Origin: Bugula neritina
Taxonomy: Eukaryota > Animalia > Bryozoa
DNA: 64,000 nucleotides
Direction of reading: 5' to 3'
Assembly: GCA_964035545.1 (NCBI GenBank)
Contig: OZ037767.1
Span: forward strand, 9,248,581-9,312,580
Below the pieces are notes generated by a model, which was not told the DNA's origin, made no database searches, and worked only from the letters and a program-made list of their open reading frames with translations. Positions 25,301 to 37,300 of the stretch are shown piece after piece (position 1 is the stretch's first letter; each line of letters starts with the position of its first letter). The position numbers and the translations under genes are program-made.

Positions 25301-28300
25301 CGCAAGGACTTGGTTACCAGACTCTAATCAATTTGATTGGTGATATGTTTTTTGGCTACTAGATGATTTGATGAATTGGCAAGAAGCCAGTTAGCTTAGT
25401 GTCGGTTGAACAACAATAAACCTTTCAAGTACCACCTTCAATCTAGTTCAACTACTCACTCCCATTAAACTTAGCTTTGTACTACCATGCTAGCTTTCTA
25501 CAGTAGTGTAGCATGTTGTACAACTATATGTCTATTTTAAATGTTGAAGAATCCGTAACAGCTACTATTACATGTATTAGACTATTAAGATACATCTTGA
25601 ACATTGTTTACAGACAATTTGAAGGTTGTGTATGTGCAAGTAGGTTTGTGCCCACATGTCCAAAATTACTAGAGAATATTTGTTCACCTACTGATTAAAA
25701 TACCACTAGGTCAATGGAAATAGTAGATAAAAATACTGTAAACAAAACATTAGGCAAATGCAACCCAGTGATAACTTTCAGTATATCTAGCTTTATTTCT
25801 AAAGTTTTTCTTGTGTGGGGTGTCTGCTAGAAATTTGGATTGTATTGAGAGAAACCATGCCTTTACAGCAAACATTATTGTAAGCAATTCTATTCCTAAT
25901 AGTTTAATTGAACTTTGCTGTTGCCAAGCTAAATCAATTAAGTTTTTTATTATAAAAATAATTTGTTTAGGTATACATCTCTCAAATTATCTGTAGATGT
26001 GTCGCAGAATTCAGAGACCAACTTAAAACAATAGTTCAATAATGTATTTTATATAAAACTCACTCACACAAGTTTATAGTAGCCATCCCTGTGAGAAAAC
26101 TCCTGATGGAAAGGGTTTTGTTAAGGCGGGCTAAGGACTTATTCACATGTGGCACAGGAGCAATTAATGTATTTTATATAACTTAGGAAAAACAAGCAAT
26201 TTTCTATTTCGACACTTTCCAACCGTGTTTCTAAATAAATTAATAATGTTGTAGCTTAAATCTTGCCAGTTTCCGGGACTAAAAGTTTTCCTATCAATTC
26301 CTGTTTAGTAAGGTGGTAAAGATTCTTACTTAGCTTAGGTTTGTAATGTTTGGTTTAGAATACAATTGTTTTCTCATACTCAGTCAACTTCTCATGCTGA
26401 AAAAGTTAGGATATAACTCTATAAGAGAGTAACCTCTTTGAGCTTAAGGCCACTTTTGAGTGATAACCTAGTAAAAGGTCACTCAACCTCTAATGTTTGT
26501 AGTTTTCAGAAAATTGATAGCGATGAGATGATTTTTTAGGCATTCCCTCCAAGTAATAAGTTTTCTCTGGACATTGCAAAGTTTTATTCACCTTTAGTTT
26601 ACCCTTGGATTCAAATAGACATGTACAAGTGTTTATGTTTTTAAAATGGAAATATGCTCACCACCTACTTTTATTAATCACTTCAGTTTATAAGATCAAA
26701 CTGACAATCTATTCTTGCAGTACTTAGATTAACAGATATCTACACATATTTTTCAATTCATTTAGAAGGGAAGATTACTCATGGTTGAACTAAAACTATT
26801 AGGAGGGGGTGGGGGTAGGGCTGTAATTCTGTGAAGTCTGTGAGCCCACCAGTGTTGGCCTTTGACTCTCACTATTGGTCACCCATTAATTTCTTTGTAC
26901 TGAATGTACCTGGTTTACATATTATATTATGTATGGCATCTGGCTTCAGGGAGAAAGTGCTCTGAAAATACAGCTGTTGAACAGGATTGTTTCTGCTCTC
27001 AAGCATGTAATCTGGTGTGGTGCAGTATGACAGCCAGTTCCTAGAGTATTAAGCTGCCACATGTTCCTACACATCATTACTTACATGTTCATCCTTGCCT
27101 TTTATTAATGACAGAGGAAGAATTTTGTTGTTGCTTGTTACAATTGATCACCATGTGCTGTAGGAGTGGACAGACAGACAGAAAAAGAGCATAGGGTGGA
27201 TACTAGAGAAGGATCTAGTAGTAGCAATAAAGGCTTCACACGCTGCCTCAGATCTCGAGCCAAACAGATAGCGAGTAAAGTTAGCGTAGCTGATGAAACC
27301 TTGACCTCTAGTCTTGTCAATTTAAGCGGCTGTACCAATAACCTCGCTCAGTATTTGTCACCACACAAAGGCTCCCTGCCTCAATATATGCACGATGATA
27401 CTGTAATCAAAAGATCTGATACTGTCCTGGCCGTAGCTCTTACTAATGCTATGCACAAATCAGTTCGGTCAAGACAGTTTGACGCAGCATCTCTATACTC
27501 AGTCACTAGTGATGAGTTTAACGAGAGTGATGATGAACTGATCTCAATAAACGGTGACTCAAACTCAGAATGTACCAACATAGTTGGATCTTGCCGAGTC
27601 TCCAGTAAGAGGAAACGCACCACCACCCTCTCAGCTGACCTGGAAGTGGAGAGCTTGCTGTCTCCAGGTGCTGACGACTGTGTGTACAGTGGAGATAACT
27701 TCTCTGTGTCAGATTTCTCAGGTTTGTCGTCTGCTTGTGATGTCACAGTACTCCCCCCCTGGCTGTGAGAGCCGGAAATATTTTCTGTTGACTAGTATTG
27801 GGAGTCATTAGCCAATGTAATGTTGAATCACTGCATGCAATACTCACCATCACAAGATACAGACATCAATGAACTGTTAGATCTTGGGTCATTTTACTTA
27901 ATTTAGTACGCACTGAAATCTCCAGATTTTAGCTATTTTTCACAATTTAAATGGTAATGAACATGGCTTTTTGCCCAAAACTAGTAAAACACCAATAAAT
28001 ACACCAAAATAATTAAGGTTCTTCTTAATTTTGCTTGATTTCCCATGATTTTTCTTATTTATTTAGCTTATTAGGAGTGCGGACCGTTCGAAAAAACTGT
28101 AACTGTCCGTAACCAAAAGTAGCTGAATAATTAGGAAAAAACATGGGAAATGAAGAAAAATTAAAAAGAACTTTGATTATTTAAGTGTATTTATTGGTGT
28201 TTTACTAGTTTCGATCAAAAACCTATGTTCATTAGCTGTTATATGGTGAAAAATAGCTAAAAACTGAAGATATCCAGTGTGTACTAAATTAAGTAAAATG

Positions 28301-30795
28301 ACCCTCTTACAAATTCTATAATTTAGTCAATACACTGGAAATTTAAATTTTTTATGAACAACCCTGGTTTCAGCTACAACGCTATGCAATTTCGTTAAAT
28401 GCAGAGGTGTGCATAATTGTATTGGTGATTTTAATGTAAACTGCTCTACTATATGATGTTGCTAATTTATCCTCAACTGTTATTTTTAGAAACAGAGGAA
28501 CCAATAACTTGTGAAGTTCCCAAAAAGAGACTCTGTAACATAGCACCAGCTGCTAATCACCGTCCATATTTAGATCTAGAGAAAATGCAAGACAAAGTTA
28601 GTTATTTTCTGTACACAATGATGCTAGAACCAGAAATTGCTTGATACAGCACAAAGTTTGGGGCCACTGTGTCCAGTGGTGGAACGCTGGAGTTGGGGAT
28701 TTGCAGTTCACAATCATGTGTATACAAATATTGTTTTTAGTAACCCCAAGCTTTGTGCTGCTTCTAACCATCCTGCTATTTCAACAGCTATGGATTAGAG
28801 ATCGAAAGTTTTATTTTATTTTCTGAAGAATGGATTAACTAATGATGGTGATTTTATTTCATGCAACTGTTTCCAAACACAGAAGAAAAAATCCAATGCC
28901 ACGGTTGTAGAATATGCAAGCGGTATTATTCTTCAGGCAGCGTATTTTCTGAAATAATAATTGTGAGAGTATGGAATGCGTAATGGAAAGATAACTTTTA
29001 ACTGCTACTACAAGTTATATTGTATACATCCATGACTTCTTTCAGGTAGAAAAGTCAACAGCCAACTGCAAAAGAAGACCAAGGGCAGTTCCAGTTCGAA
29101 TAATGGTTAGTTATACACTAATGACTAAACTCTAAAGCATTGATCCACACCATCTCTGTTTTGACCATTGTGTGATATAGACTGAACACTAACTCCACTT
29201 GATCAGTAATTAGTTAGATGAGTAGTAGCAGTTCAACTCAAGTATATTTACTCTTACCCCCTATTCACACTTACCATATTGTACGTCGTAACAGCAAATA
29301 TCAGCCATTTTTACAAATGTCTGAGCTTCCTGTACGGTGTTGCGGTACGGTAAGATCATGCACTGCTTGATTCAAATAAGTTGCAGCGGACTCCTATTGA
29401 ACAGAAAAACTTTTGCGTTAATTCATTGGATATAATTGTCCAATTAAGTGTCATAGATCGTACCCAATAGACTTTGAAAACTTCAGCCCGGACACATTAA
29501 AACTGGCTGATATTTGCTGTTACGGTAAGTGTGAATAGGGGGTTAGTAGCTCATACTGTTGTTACTGTTGTCTGTCTCACTGCGGGTTTTGGCATCTCCT
29601 GTAGTCTATGTTTTTATAATAAACTTCAGTGTTTGGAGATTAATACTAGCCTACTACTGTTATTCTTGCTCTACCATCACTTTCATATCATAATAATTCT
29701 GGCCTGACTGGTCAATCAAGGTCAGTTATTGTCACTGTGTAACTATAGTGTGTGTGTAATTGTAAGCTGTGTGAATGTAATATTGGTTACTGTAGTATGA
29801 GTGACTGTAGTATGTGTTACTGTAGTATGTGTTACTGTAGTATGAGTGACTGTAGTATGTGTTACTGTAGTATGAGTGACTGTAGTATGTGTGACTGTAG
29901 TATGTGTGACTGTAGTATGTATGACTGGAGTGTGTGTGACTGTGACAAGTGTGGCTGTAGTCTGTGAGAAGACTACTAGCTTATTTTATTTTATGATGCA
30001 ACCCCCTGTGATAATTTTTTGTCTGGACAATCACTGACCATTGAAGTGAAAAGTGTGCAAGTGTAAAAGCTGTGGTTTAAATTTATTGAAGCAATAGGCG
30101 TCAATTGTATTTGCCTTGCTATAGCCCCAACATTCAAAATATTATTTGAGAAAGTAAATTCAGTCCTCAAACAAATCACATTATTTATTTATTGTTTACT
30201 TTTGTGTGACAAAAAGTTTAATCTTTGAAAATTTGTTGCGAGTCAGTAAAACCGTTGATGGTTTCCATTGCTTGTGAGACATAAGCATAAATTCTTAGTT
30301 TTTTGCCATAAACTGTCATGCTGGTCAACTTGTGCGTAGTCTTTCTCAGCCCATTTGAAATTCTATTGTTTAACTTGCAGTATTTAGCATCAACTATCAA
30401 TTCTGTTAGTTTATAAACACTATATAAAACTTCTGCCTACATCTTTTTCATCAATATCTTCATGACCCATCAGTATACTCATGACTCATCAGGATCCTCG
30501 TGACTCGTCGGATCCTCATGACTCATCAGTATACTCATGACTCATCAGTATACTCATTGAGAACACAGATTCTGAGGTTTGCAGAGTTGAGACAACTCAT
30601 ATAGTTGTTTAACTATGATCATAGCAATATATTTCAAGTATACCCATTTCTTTTTAGTATTTCAGTCCTATAAACAACATGTCTATGCCGAACAGACCCA
30701 CAACCAGAAGTGTGACCAACAGAGAGCTAGTCATGACCTCCAGGTTTTGTCCCCTCACGCCTGTTGAATCATTCTCATCAGACTGTATCAGCTAG
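16361..30795 (+). CDS. Uncharacterised ~327-aa Ser-rich protein with an RPYLDLEKM (FAM53-like) motif; exons 16361-16372, 16541-16703, 27164-27667, 28490-28596, 29046-29105, 30658-30795
   Basis: All junctions are GT-AG with matching phases (0,1,1,0,0) and one uninterrupted frame from MAHK to RFCPLTPVESFSSDCIS*. The KKRL...HRPYLDLEKMQ motif resembles the FAM53 RPSLDxxKM motif (recalled). Confidence 0.65.
17170..17557 (-). pseudogene. Possible 3' continuation of the env-like ORF on the far side of the Kolobok-like insertion
   Basis: Joining across the TTAA reads VVGEF-KGI*AFLCHL. LKLDLECTIKIT and a hydrophobic QFVVFFMLVTNIL*KK stretch follow in shifted frames. Confidence 0.3.
19217..20995 (+). 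mobile_element. Tc1/mariner element, 1.78 kb, with a pseudogenised transposase (19613-20643)
   Basis: 27-bp TIR CAGTG(A/C)TGTGAAAAAGTTTAAGGACGC with TA duplications at 19215-16 and 20996-97. HTH GYSIRKISEKVGKAKTTV, SGR, IISDES, MFWGCI, IFQDDNAPCH, SPDLNP, SMPR..GWPTKC, broken by stops and frameshifts. Confidence 0.95.
21229..21857 (+). pseudogene. P2X7 C-terminal ballast / Nanor / KolX-like Cys-rich domain pseudogene, two exon remnants (21229-21448, ~21645-21857)
   Basis: EEWCK*...ECCQSC...FVTDHPG...RVLEVTYNSY, then FCSYRVLIFWLFPNLHRRQRKPPSACLYN*VHA/FPPTDDDKQFAG. This follows the ballast pattern WCxC..CC..HPxF..VL..AYR..W..R..LPxC..IR..FP..YxGF. Confidence 0.7.
24612..25780 (-). pseudogene. 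Decayed env / baculovirus-F-like fusion glycoprotein ORF
   Basis: VVF*SVGEQIFSSNFGHV; MAINQLPIELH/VGIMPEKS*TSAWNFL; P**QVATAKIDVGETFNLFIKIPPLLNKPLHEILDVKIISIP; GCLAVEELAVC. Motif order is typical of errantivirus env / Baculo_F-like proteins. Many stops. Confidence 0.5.
26055..26166 (-). mobile_element. 3' half of the tRNA-derived SINE family seen at 45886
   Basis: The reverse complement TAATTGCTCCTGTGCC...AGTCCTTAGCCCG...TTTCTCACAGGGAT...ACTATAAACTTG matches 45993-46100. Confidence 0.8.
26167..26640 (-). pseudogene. Decayed ~160-codon frame, possibly a Maverick/Polinton conserved protein
   Basis: One frame with 4 stops: SKGKLKVNKTL...RLSDLLLGYHSK...LYHLTKQELIGKLLVPETGKI*A...ESVEIENCLFFLSYI. 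It resembles a recalled Polinton motif ELxxRLxLxxGxIxAGN...ExxxIxDxL. Confidence 0.3.
27886..28304. mobile_element. Near-fully palindromic MITE (419 bp) with a 4-bp TSD, Sola2-like
   Basis: GGGTCATTTTACTTAATTTAGTAC...GTACTAAATTAAGTAAAATGACCC with ~195-bp arms. TCTT duplicated at 27882-85 and 28305-08. Confidence 0.85.
29257..29542. mobile_element. PIF/Harbinger (Tourist-like) MITE, 286 bp
   Basis: TIR CCCCCTATTCACACTTACC plus inner inverted CGTAACAGCAAATATCAGCCA. TTA TSD at 29254-56 and 29543-45. Confidence 0.88.
29770..29960. repeat. 15-bp-like degenerate minisatellite (TGACTGTAGTATGTG variants)
   Basis: Tandem array seen directly; it explains the spurious Cys-rich ORF 29752-29967. Confidence 0.8.
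30460..30557. repeat. 19-bp tandem repeat CATGACTCATCAGTATACT, ~5 copies
   Basis: Seen directly. Confidence 0.8.
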
Positions 30796-33700
30796 CCGCT
30801 ACTGTAGTCAGGAGATTTTCCCAGATACAATTCCTCTTGTTGAGCAGAACAATGTATATATTTTCAACACTGCTAGATGTCCCAAATATATCCTCACATA
30901 AGGGTCTTTCTAGATTTATTATTTTTTAAAAAAAAAGATGTGATATGAGTAACATAAATAAGTTTACTTATTTTATCATATAATATGAAACAACTTGTCA
31001 TTGTTTTGATCTCTTATTTTTATGTCATCAGTGATAGTCGGTATATGCATCTCACAGCATGTCTCTAGTTATATTCAGCTATCTTTATTTTATTACTTAA
31101 AAGGGTCGTAATTACTGCTCTTCATACTAACCCGAAGCTCACCAGTGATAAGTTCATGGATCACCTCTCTTTCTCTTATAGAACTCAACTGATTTTATAC
31201 AGCGTAATCTTTTTATAAGAGCCAAATAAATCAAAATTTATTTGCTAAACTTTTGAATTGTACTTTGGGATAGTAATTACTGTTTATTGATAAATGTAGG
31301 GGGAGGAGTTACATTCACTTGCTGAATACTTTGGTCTAAGTTCTAAGACATTATAAACCTATGCGGTTCCACAAACCATTGATGCAGTTTGAGCTTTTCA
31401 TACATTCATTATAAAAAGCAGTTCTAAATCACTAACAACCTGTTCTGATGTACTCAATTCTTCCTGTTCCAAAATAATCAGCTTTGGAGGTTACTTTAAT
31501 AAACAGTGTAAGCCGACTGTAGCTGCTCTGTATATTGCACTAAGAAATTTCATTCGCAGAAGTGTTTGTTCCAGTTTATTTCTATGCTTGCTGGTAAAAA
31601 CTTGACAATATAAAATAATGGTCATATAATGTGGTACATATAATATACACTATGCATAAATGTGGTTAGGTATAAAAGTAGTGATAACCATTAGTACATG
31701 AAGAAACCAACAAGACCTTATTAATCTGAGGGTAATTTGGAAAATGAAGATATTTAATTTATAACTTGCAAGATAAATATAATCGCAATACAATATCAAA
31801 TAACTATTGGAGTGTCCACCTTATAGCCCTATTAAACCTTGTATACGACATCTTCAGTGCTTTAGAATTCTACACCAAAAGCAAATATATATATGGAGGC
31901 TCATGAGGTCAAGGCTACTGTGAATCATAGTGTGAAGATGGCAGCAATGTGTTGACCTGTGGGAAAATTATTCTGAAAAATGACACAAAATATTGTTATA
32001 TATCTAAATAACTTGTGACTTTAACAATTTCTATATGCTGCATGATGATGATAATTGGTGTATTATTATGGTAGCTTGATCACAATATTATTCTACTGCT
32101 CTTGACACTTTATTTAGTTGTAAATTATATGCAAGAAAATTATAATGGTGTCACCTAGGAAACATCATATAAAATAAAGCTCTCTGTATAAACTCATGTA
32201 TACCATGTTCACACTACAGTCAATCTAAGTGTTTACTTGTCAATTCATAGCTCTCATCTCAGGCAACTTATACCATGGTGATCATAATGTTTATATATGG
32301 TGCTACAAATACCATTTTTGCTAAGTAATGACTTATCTTATTACGCAGTATCTACTCTGCAAAAATAAAATAACGTATTCCTGGTAGGAGATGTTATTGT
32401 TTACATCGTGTAACTTTTCTTCGCCACTAATTTCTGCCCCCGTAGTAGAATGACCGTGTGCCTCAGATTATCGTAACAGCCAACTACCTTGGACCAAACA
32501 ATTGCGATGGATGTTTGTCCGTACGGGTTGTTGGTTCATTCGAATGGCACTGCTCCGTATGCATTGAGTGAAAGATCAATTCGTATATTGCGAAGTGAGT
32601 TGTAGTATACTCCGCCAAACGGCGATGAGCGAGGCACTGCGAAAGATTTGTTTTGGCAGGAGCATCATATTTTGTATTCAATCCACTTCAATTTTTGCAA
32701 TCCTAGTGCATCCTTAGCCGTTGACGTTGTTTTTGACAAGATATAATTTTTACAGTTGGGTGACAAACATTTTAGTTTAAATATCGCCAATTAGTTCCTA
32801 CAAAGCCTCCTAACTTGAAAAGAACCTGTATCTTATTTATCTTAGTCGCTTCTAATCGCCAAGTTTTTTTTAAAATCAAGTTGTTTGTAGTCGTATTCGG
32901 TGCAGGATTCAGTTTTTTACAGAAACTTAAAAACGTGAAGTATCTTTTTCCTGAAAACAATCGGCTGTGACTCGCAGTGACCTGGAATTGGATATCACTA
33001 TGACCATCAGTATCAGTATAACATTGACTGCTACGGCTACTCGGCTACTGACTCTGAGTCTCATACTTGCAGTCAGTTACAGTTTGAGTTACACTCACTG
33101 ATAGCTATAGTCGTAGTCTGTCATAGTGACCGCAACTCGCTATCAGTATCACTATCAGTTACAGTACTCAGTAGCCTAGGCGTAGCACTAGCAGTAACAC
33201 TAACTTAAGCTTCCTGGACTGAGGGCACCATGACCATTAGCCCGTTATGCATTATGATTATCATTATAATTATGATTGTTTATTACTAATAGTAATATAT
33301 TAAGTTTAACTTTTAGTAAGACTAAGGTAACTGTAAGAACACCGGTGATCGGTATAGAATTAGACGATTATCAATACAAACATTATCAAATTCAATCATA
33401 ATGATAATCATAATAATAAGATGATTATAATAATCATCTTGATAACCAGGTCTAGTGGCAGCGACTGGTCACTGTGATCATGATTAAGATGTGGAATTTG
33501 ATATTCAATTTCATGTTAATTGATGTTAATGTAATAACTAAGTTAGTGTTGGTGTTATATTTGTAATAATCATAATGTAAATAATTATTATTTAATATAA
33601 ATAATAATATTCAATTTCATATTGATGATCGAGTTTTACTTTTAGTTTTAGTTTGATCATGATCAAATTCAGTAAACTGTAAAAATTGAATTTTATTTCA

Positions 33701-34302
33701 AAGAATAAATATAATTATTAAATTAAACATAAACAATATCAATATGAATAACATTGAATTTAATGATTAATTTATACCTGGAAATAATCTTCTACTCGTG
33801 TCATAGTGATAATCATAAGGATGTGTATAGAAAGCTTGTTTAGGCTTAACAGAACACAAGATCAGTTGTTCCATCCCCAGTAAAGGCTATTGTGATTGAT
33901 AATGTTATCTGTTAGGAAAGGGATTCTGTTTCAGTCATGGTTATACTTGCTCCTTTGCCACATTAATATCAGGATGATTATATTGGAACTTGAATATAGG
34001 CTAAATAGTTGATTACCCATATTCATAGTCATATTAATATGCTTAACAGTCTATGTTTATGACTATGAGTATGAGGACTGCTTCTTACATATTTAAATCT
34101 ATATTCAAACTTAATAAATTCATGCAGATATAACATGTGTTTGAAACATTCAATAGTCAATAATTGTCTCACAAAGGTGATCATGTTGATATTGATTTAA
34201 GTTTGTGCGAGGTTTAAATTTATATAAAATCTATATAAAATTTACATTATTTTGTAGTAACTCTTTCGTAGTGTCTTCAAGACTGGTTTTCTTGTGCACA
34301 AA

Positions 34303-37300
34303 ATGCAAGCACCGGTGAGTTTCTTACATCCATTAGTGTCTGTACTAAAATAAATGAGTATTAATGAGTTTTTTATTATTAACCGAAATATACTTGTATA
34401 TTAGATATTTGTAATGAATAAACAAAGTAAATGACATCATATTCGTTACACTGTAAATGATAGGTGTATTGCCATTTTAGGATTCCTCCAATCCGGGAAA
34501 GGGATTCTTACAACAACCAGTAAACAGCATAACACAGATATCGGCATCTAAACCTGTATTACCATTGAGTCAAGGCATGCAGCAGTTCACCTCCTTTTCT
34601 TCCAGGCCTGTCTTCTCAGCTGAATCAAGTACTCTTAGACCAGCAGCACCATCTGCTTCTATCCCTTCAGCTTTTCCTGTTACTAATGTAACTTCCACGT
34701 CTCCTGCGATTCCTGCCCCATCAAACCCTCTGGTTGGACATCCTTCTCTGGTAGGAGAGAAATGTTTTTGTTGTGAGAAGTTCATAACAAATACTTATTG
34801 GTAAAATATGTGTATTACAATGCAGCGCCCAATCATGGCTCTTCCATCTTGATAGCCCCTCTGAGCTCACTCACTAAGCAAACAGTTTCTTGTAAATGTT
34901 TTCAGCACCAAAACTTTTATTCTCAAAGTTATTTTTCTAGTTTTATCAGGCCTACTTTCCAGGTATTTAAGTTTTCTGCTGCTTTAGACTTCACAATAAT
35001 GTACATACAGTGCATCATTATTGTAAGATGTGACTCCGGCCTATTGTCACAACTTTATTGTGAAAGATTGTGAATGTAGAAGACTTCATGTCAAGTCTAC
35101 TCACTCCAAACTTGCAAAATCTTTATATGTTGCTAAAAATATTGTCGTCTGAAATTTTCAACTGTAAGTTGCACTTTTCCTGCACTGTTAATACTACCTT
35201 ACAGGCTCAGCTGAAAGCCACTGTAGCAGCTACAGCTCTGACACAGCCTGTCCTCAGCTCCATCGCTCCACCAATGTCAGCAATTAGCAGCCAGTCACTA
35301 CAAGGCATCCACCCTGCTGTCACTGCTGCTGTTATAGCTGGACCAGTGGCAACTGAAGGAAACTCAACTATGTCTGCTTCTAATGCAACACCAGATGTGC
35401 CTCATACTATGATTATGCCTCCCCCTGTTCACCATACTGGAACCACAGCAGTGCCTATTCCTTACGTGCCCAGTCCTTCTCTGTCTACATACATGTATGT
35501 ACTCGTAGTTCATTTGACTTTGTAGCTTCATGCAGTTCTGCCTTTTTTATTCATATACAAAATTGAACCTTTCCTTGAAAATATATCTAATTTTAGAGTT
35601 ATATTTTCTCTCATATTTATTCCCAGATTTTAATTCATTCATGAGCTTAGAGAGAGACCAACTTTGTGATCGTAGCTTTAGATATATAATACTAATTATT
35701 CCAAACCTTTAATATGACTTCTCTTAGCTGTTGCAATATGATTAACCACTAGCTAAGATGGCAATGTGCATGATGATAATGGTGTGTATCCTATTTAGCC
35801 ACTTCATTATTTTGACCACTAAGCGAACTTGTTTGTGCACATCTCTGATTCCCTAAACTAAAACAATATGCTTCAATATTTTAGCTCAAGTAACCATGTT
35901 GCCCCAGTTGCACCTCTACAACATGTGGCCCCTCCATCACATAGGCCCATACAAGCTGTGCAACCTCAGGTAGGTTTGTAAGCTCTGTAAACTTTATAAA
36001 TATACCTGTAACCTGTATATTATACCAGGTATATTGTATTGTAAAGTGACTTGTATGTCTATGATATTGTTCAGCAGGTGCCTGTAGTGCAGACAGCAGG
36101 TGCTCCAGCAATGGCCACCCACAGTGCGCACACCGCCCATGCACCTGCACACCCAGGTCATCTGGCACACCCTGGCCAGCAAGCTCAACAGTTTCAAAGG
36201 CTAAAAGTAGAAGATGCCTTGTCATATCTAGACCAAGTAAAACTTCAGTTTGGCAATCACCCTCAGGTCTACAATGACTTTTTAGATATTATGAAAGAAT
36301 TTAAATCGCAAAGGTGAGTTCCGGAGATAGTATAATTCATATGGGATTGGAACATCCAGCAACTGAACATTTAAGAGTACTTTTCTGTGTATTTTACACC
36401 TCAGGTCTTCACTTTACGTACTTACACAGTATCTAATATATTCTACAGTATCTAATATATTCTACAGTATCTAATATATTCTACAGTATCTAATATATTC
36501 TACAGTATCTAATATATTCTACAGTATTGATACTCCCGGAGTCATTAGTAGAGTCTCAAACTTGTTCAGAGGTCACCCTGAACTAATAGTCGGCTTCAAC
36601 ACATTCCTACCTCCTGGATACAAGATAGAAGTGCAGGGCAATGATACTATCAGTGTACAACAGCCCGGGCAGCCATCTATGTCTCTGTCCCAACTGACCG
36701 GCACTGCCTCTGCTAGCAGTAGGCCCGACTCCCACCATCTCCCCACTCACCACTACAGTAAAGTTAAGGTTTGTGTTTCCTGTGTACATCAGAGTATCCA
36801 TCTTAGTTTATGATCATCAACCAGCACCTGCATCCCGTGCTCTAGTTATATTTAGTTTTCCCAGTTTTTGTTAGTGAAGGTGAAAGACACAGCATATATT
36901 CATTTCTGTATCACAGTTTTATCAAATAAAACGCAACAACTTCTATGAGTTAATAAATGAAGTTGTCAAGGAGTTATCCATGTGATAGAATATATCAGAG
37001 CCTCAGGGATTGGCATCTTCTTTTGCATGATGTCCAAGCTAAGATGTTAGTCAAAATGAAAGGCCACATGATTGTATACATGTTTAATTTTATTACAATG
37101 AAGTAATTTGTTACCACACCTATACCATGCTAATCAGAATACTTATAGCAGTTTTTACTTTTCTTAAGCATTAAAAAAGCCACAGGTGGCCCTGGGGCCC
37201 CCAGTTGTCCACCCCTGATATATATAAAAATAGATATAAATATCAAGTTATAGTGATAGACTCTATTGATAATCTTCTGTAGCCTGTGAACCTATCAGTC

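Noticed and set aside
31400-32990. Possible small minus-strand gene or antizyme-like frameshift site upstream of SIN3
   Set aside because: The region is CpG-richer with some splice-like signals, but no phase-consistent ORF or recognisable motif was found. TGCTCCTG is not followed by the TGA of an antizyme site. Probably promoter or non-coding.
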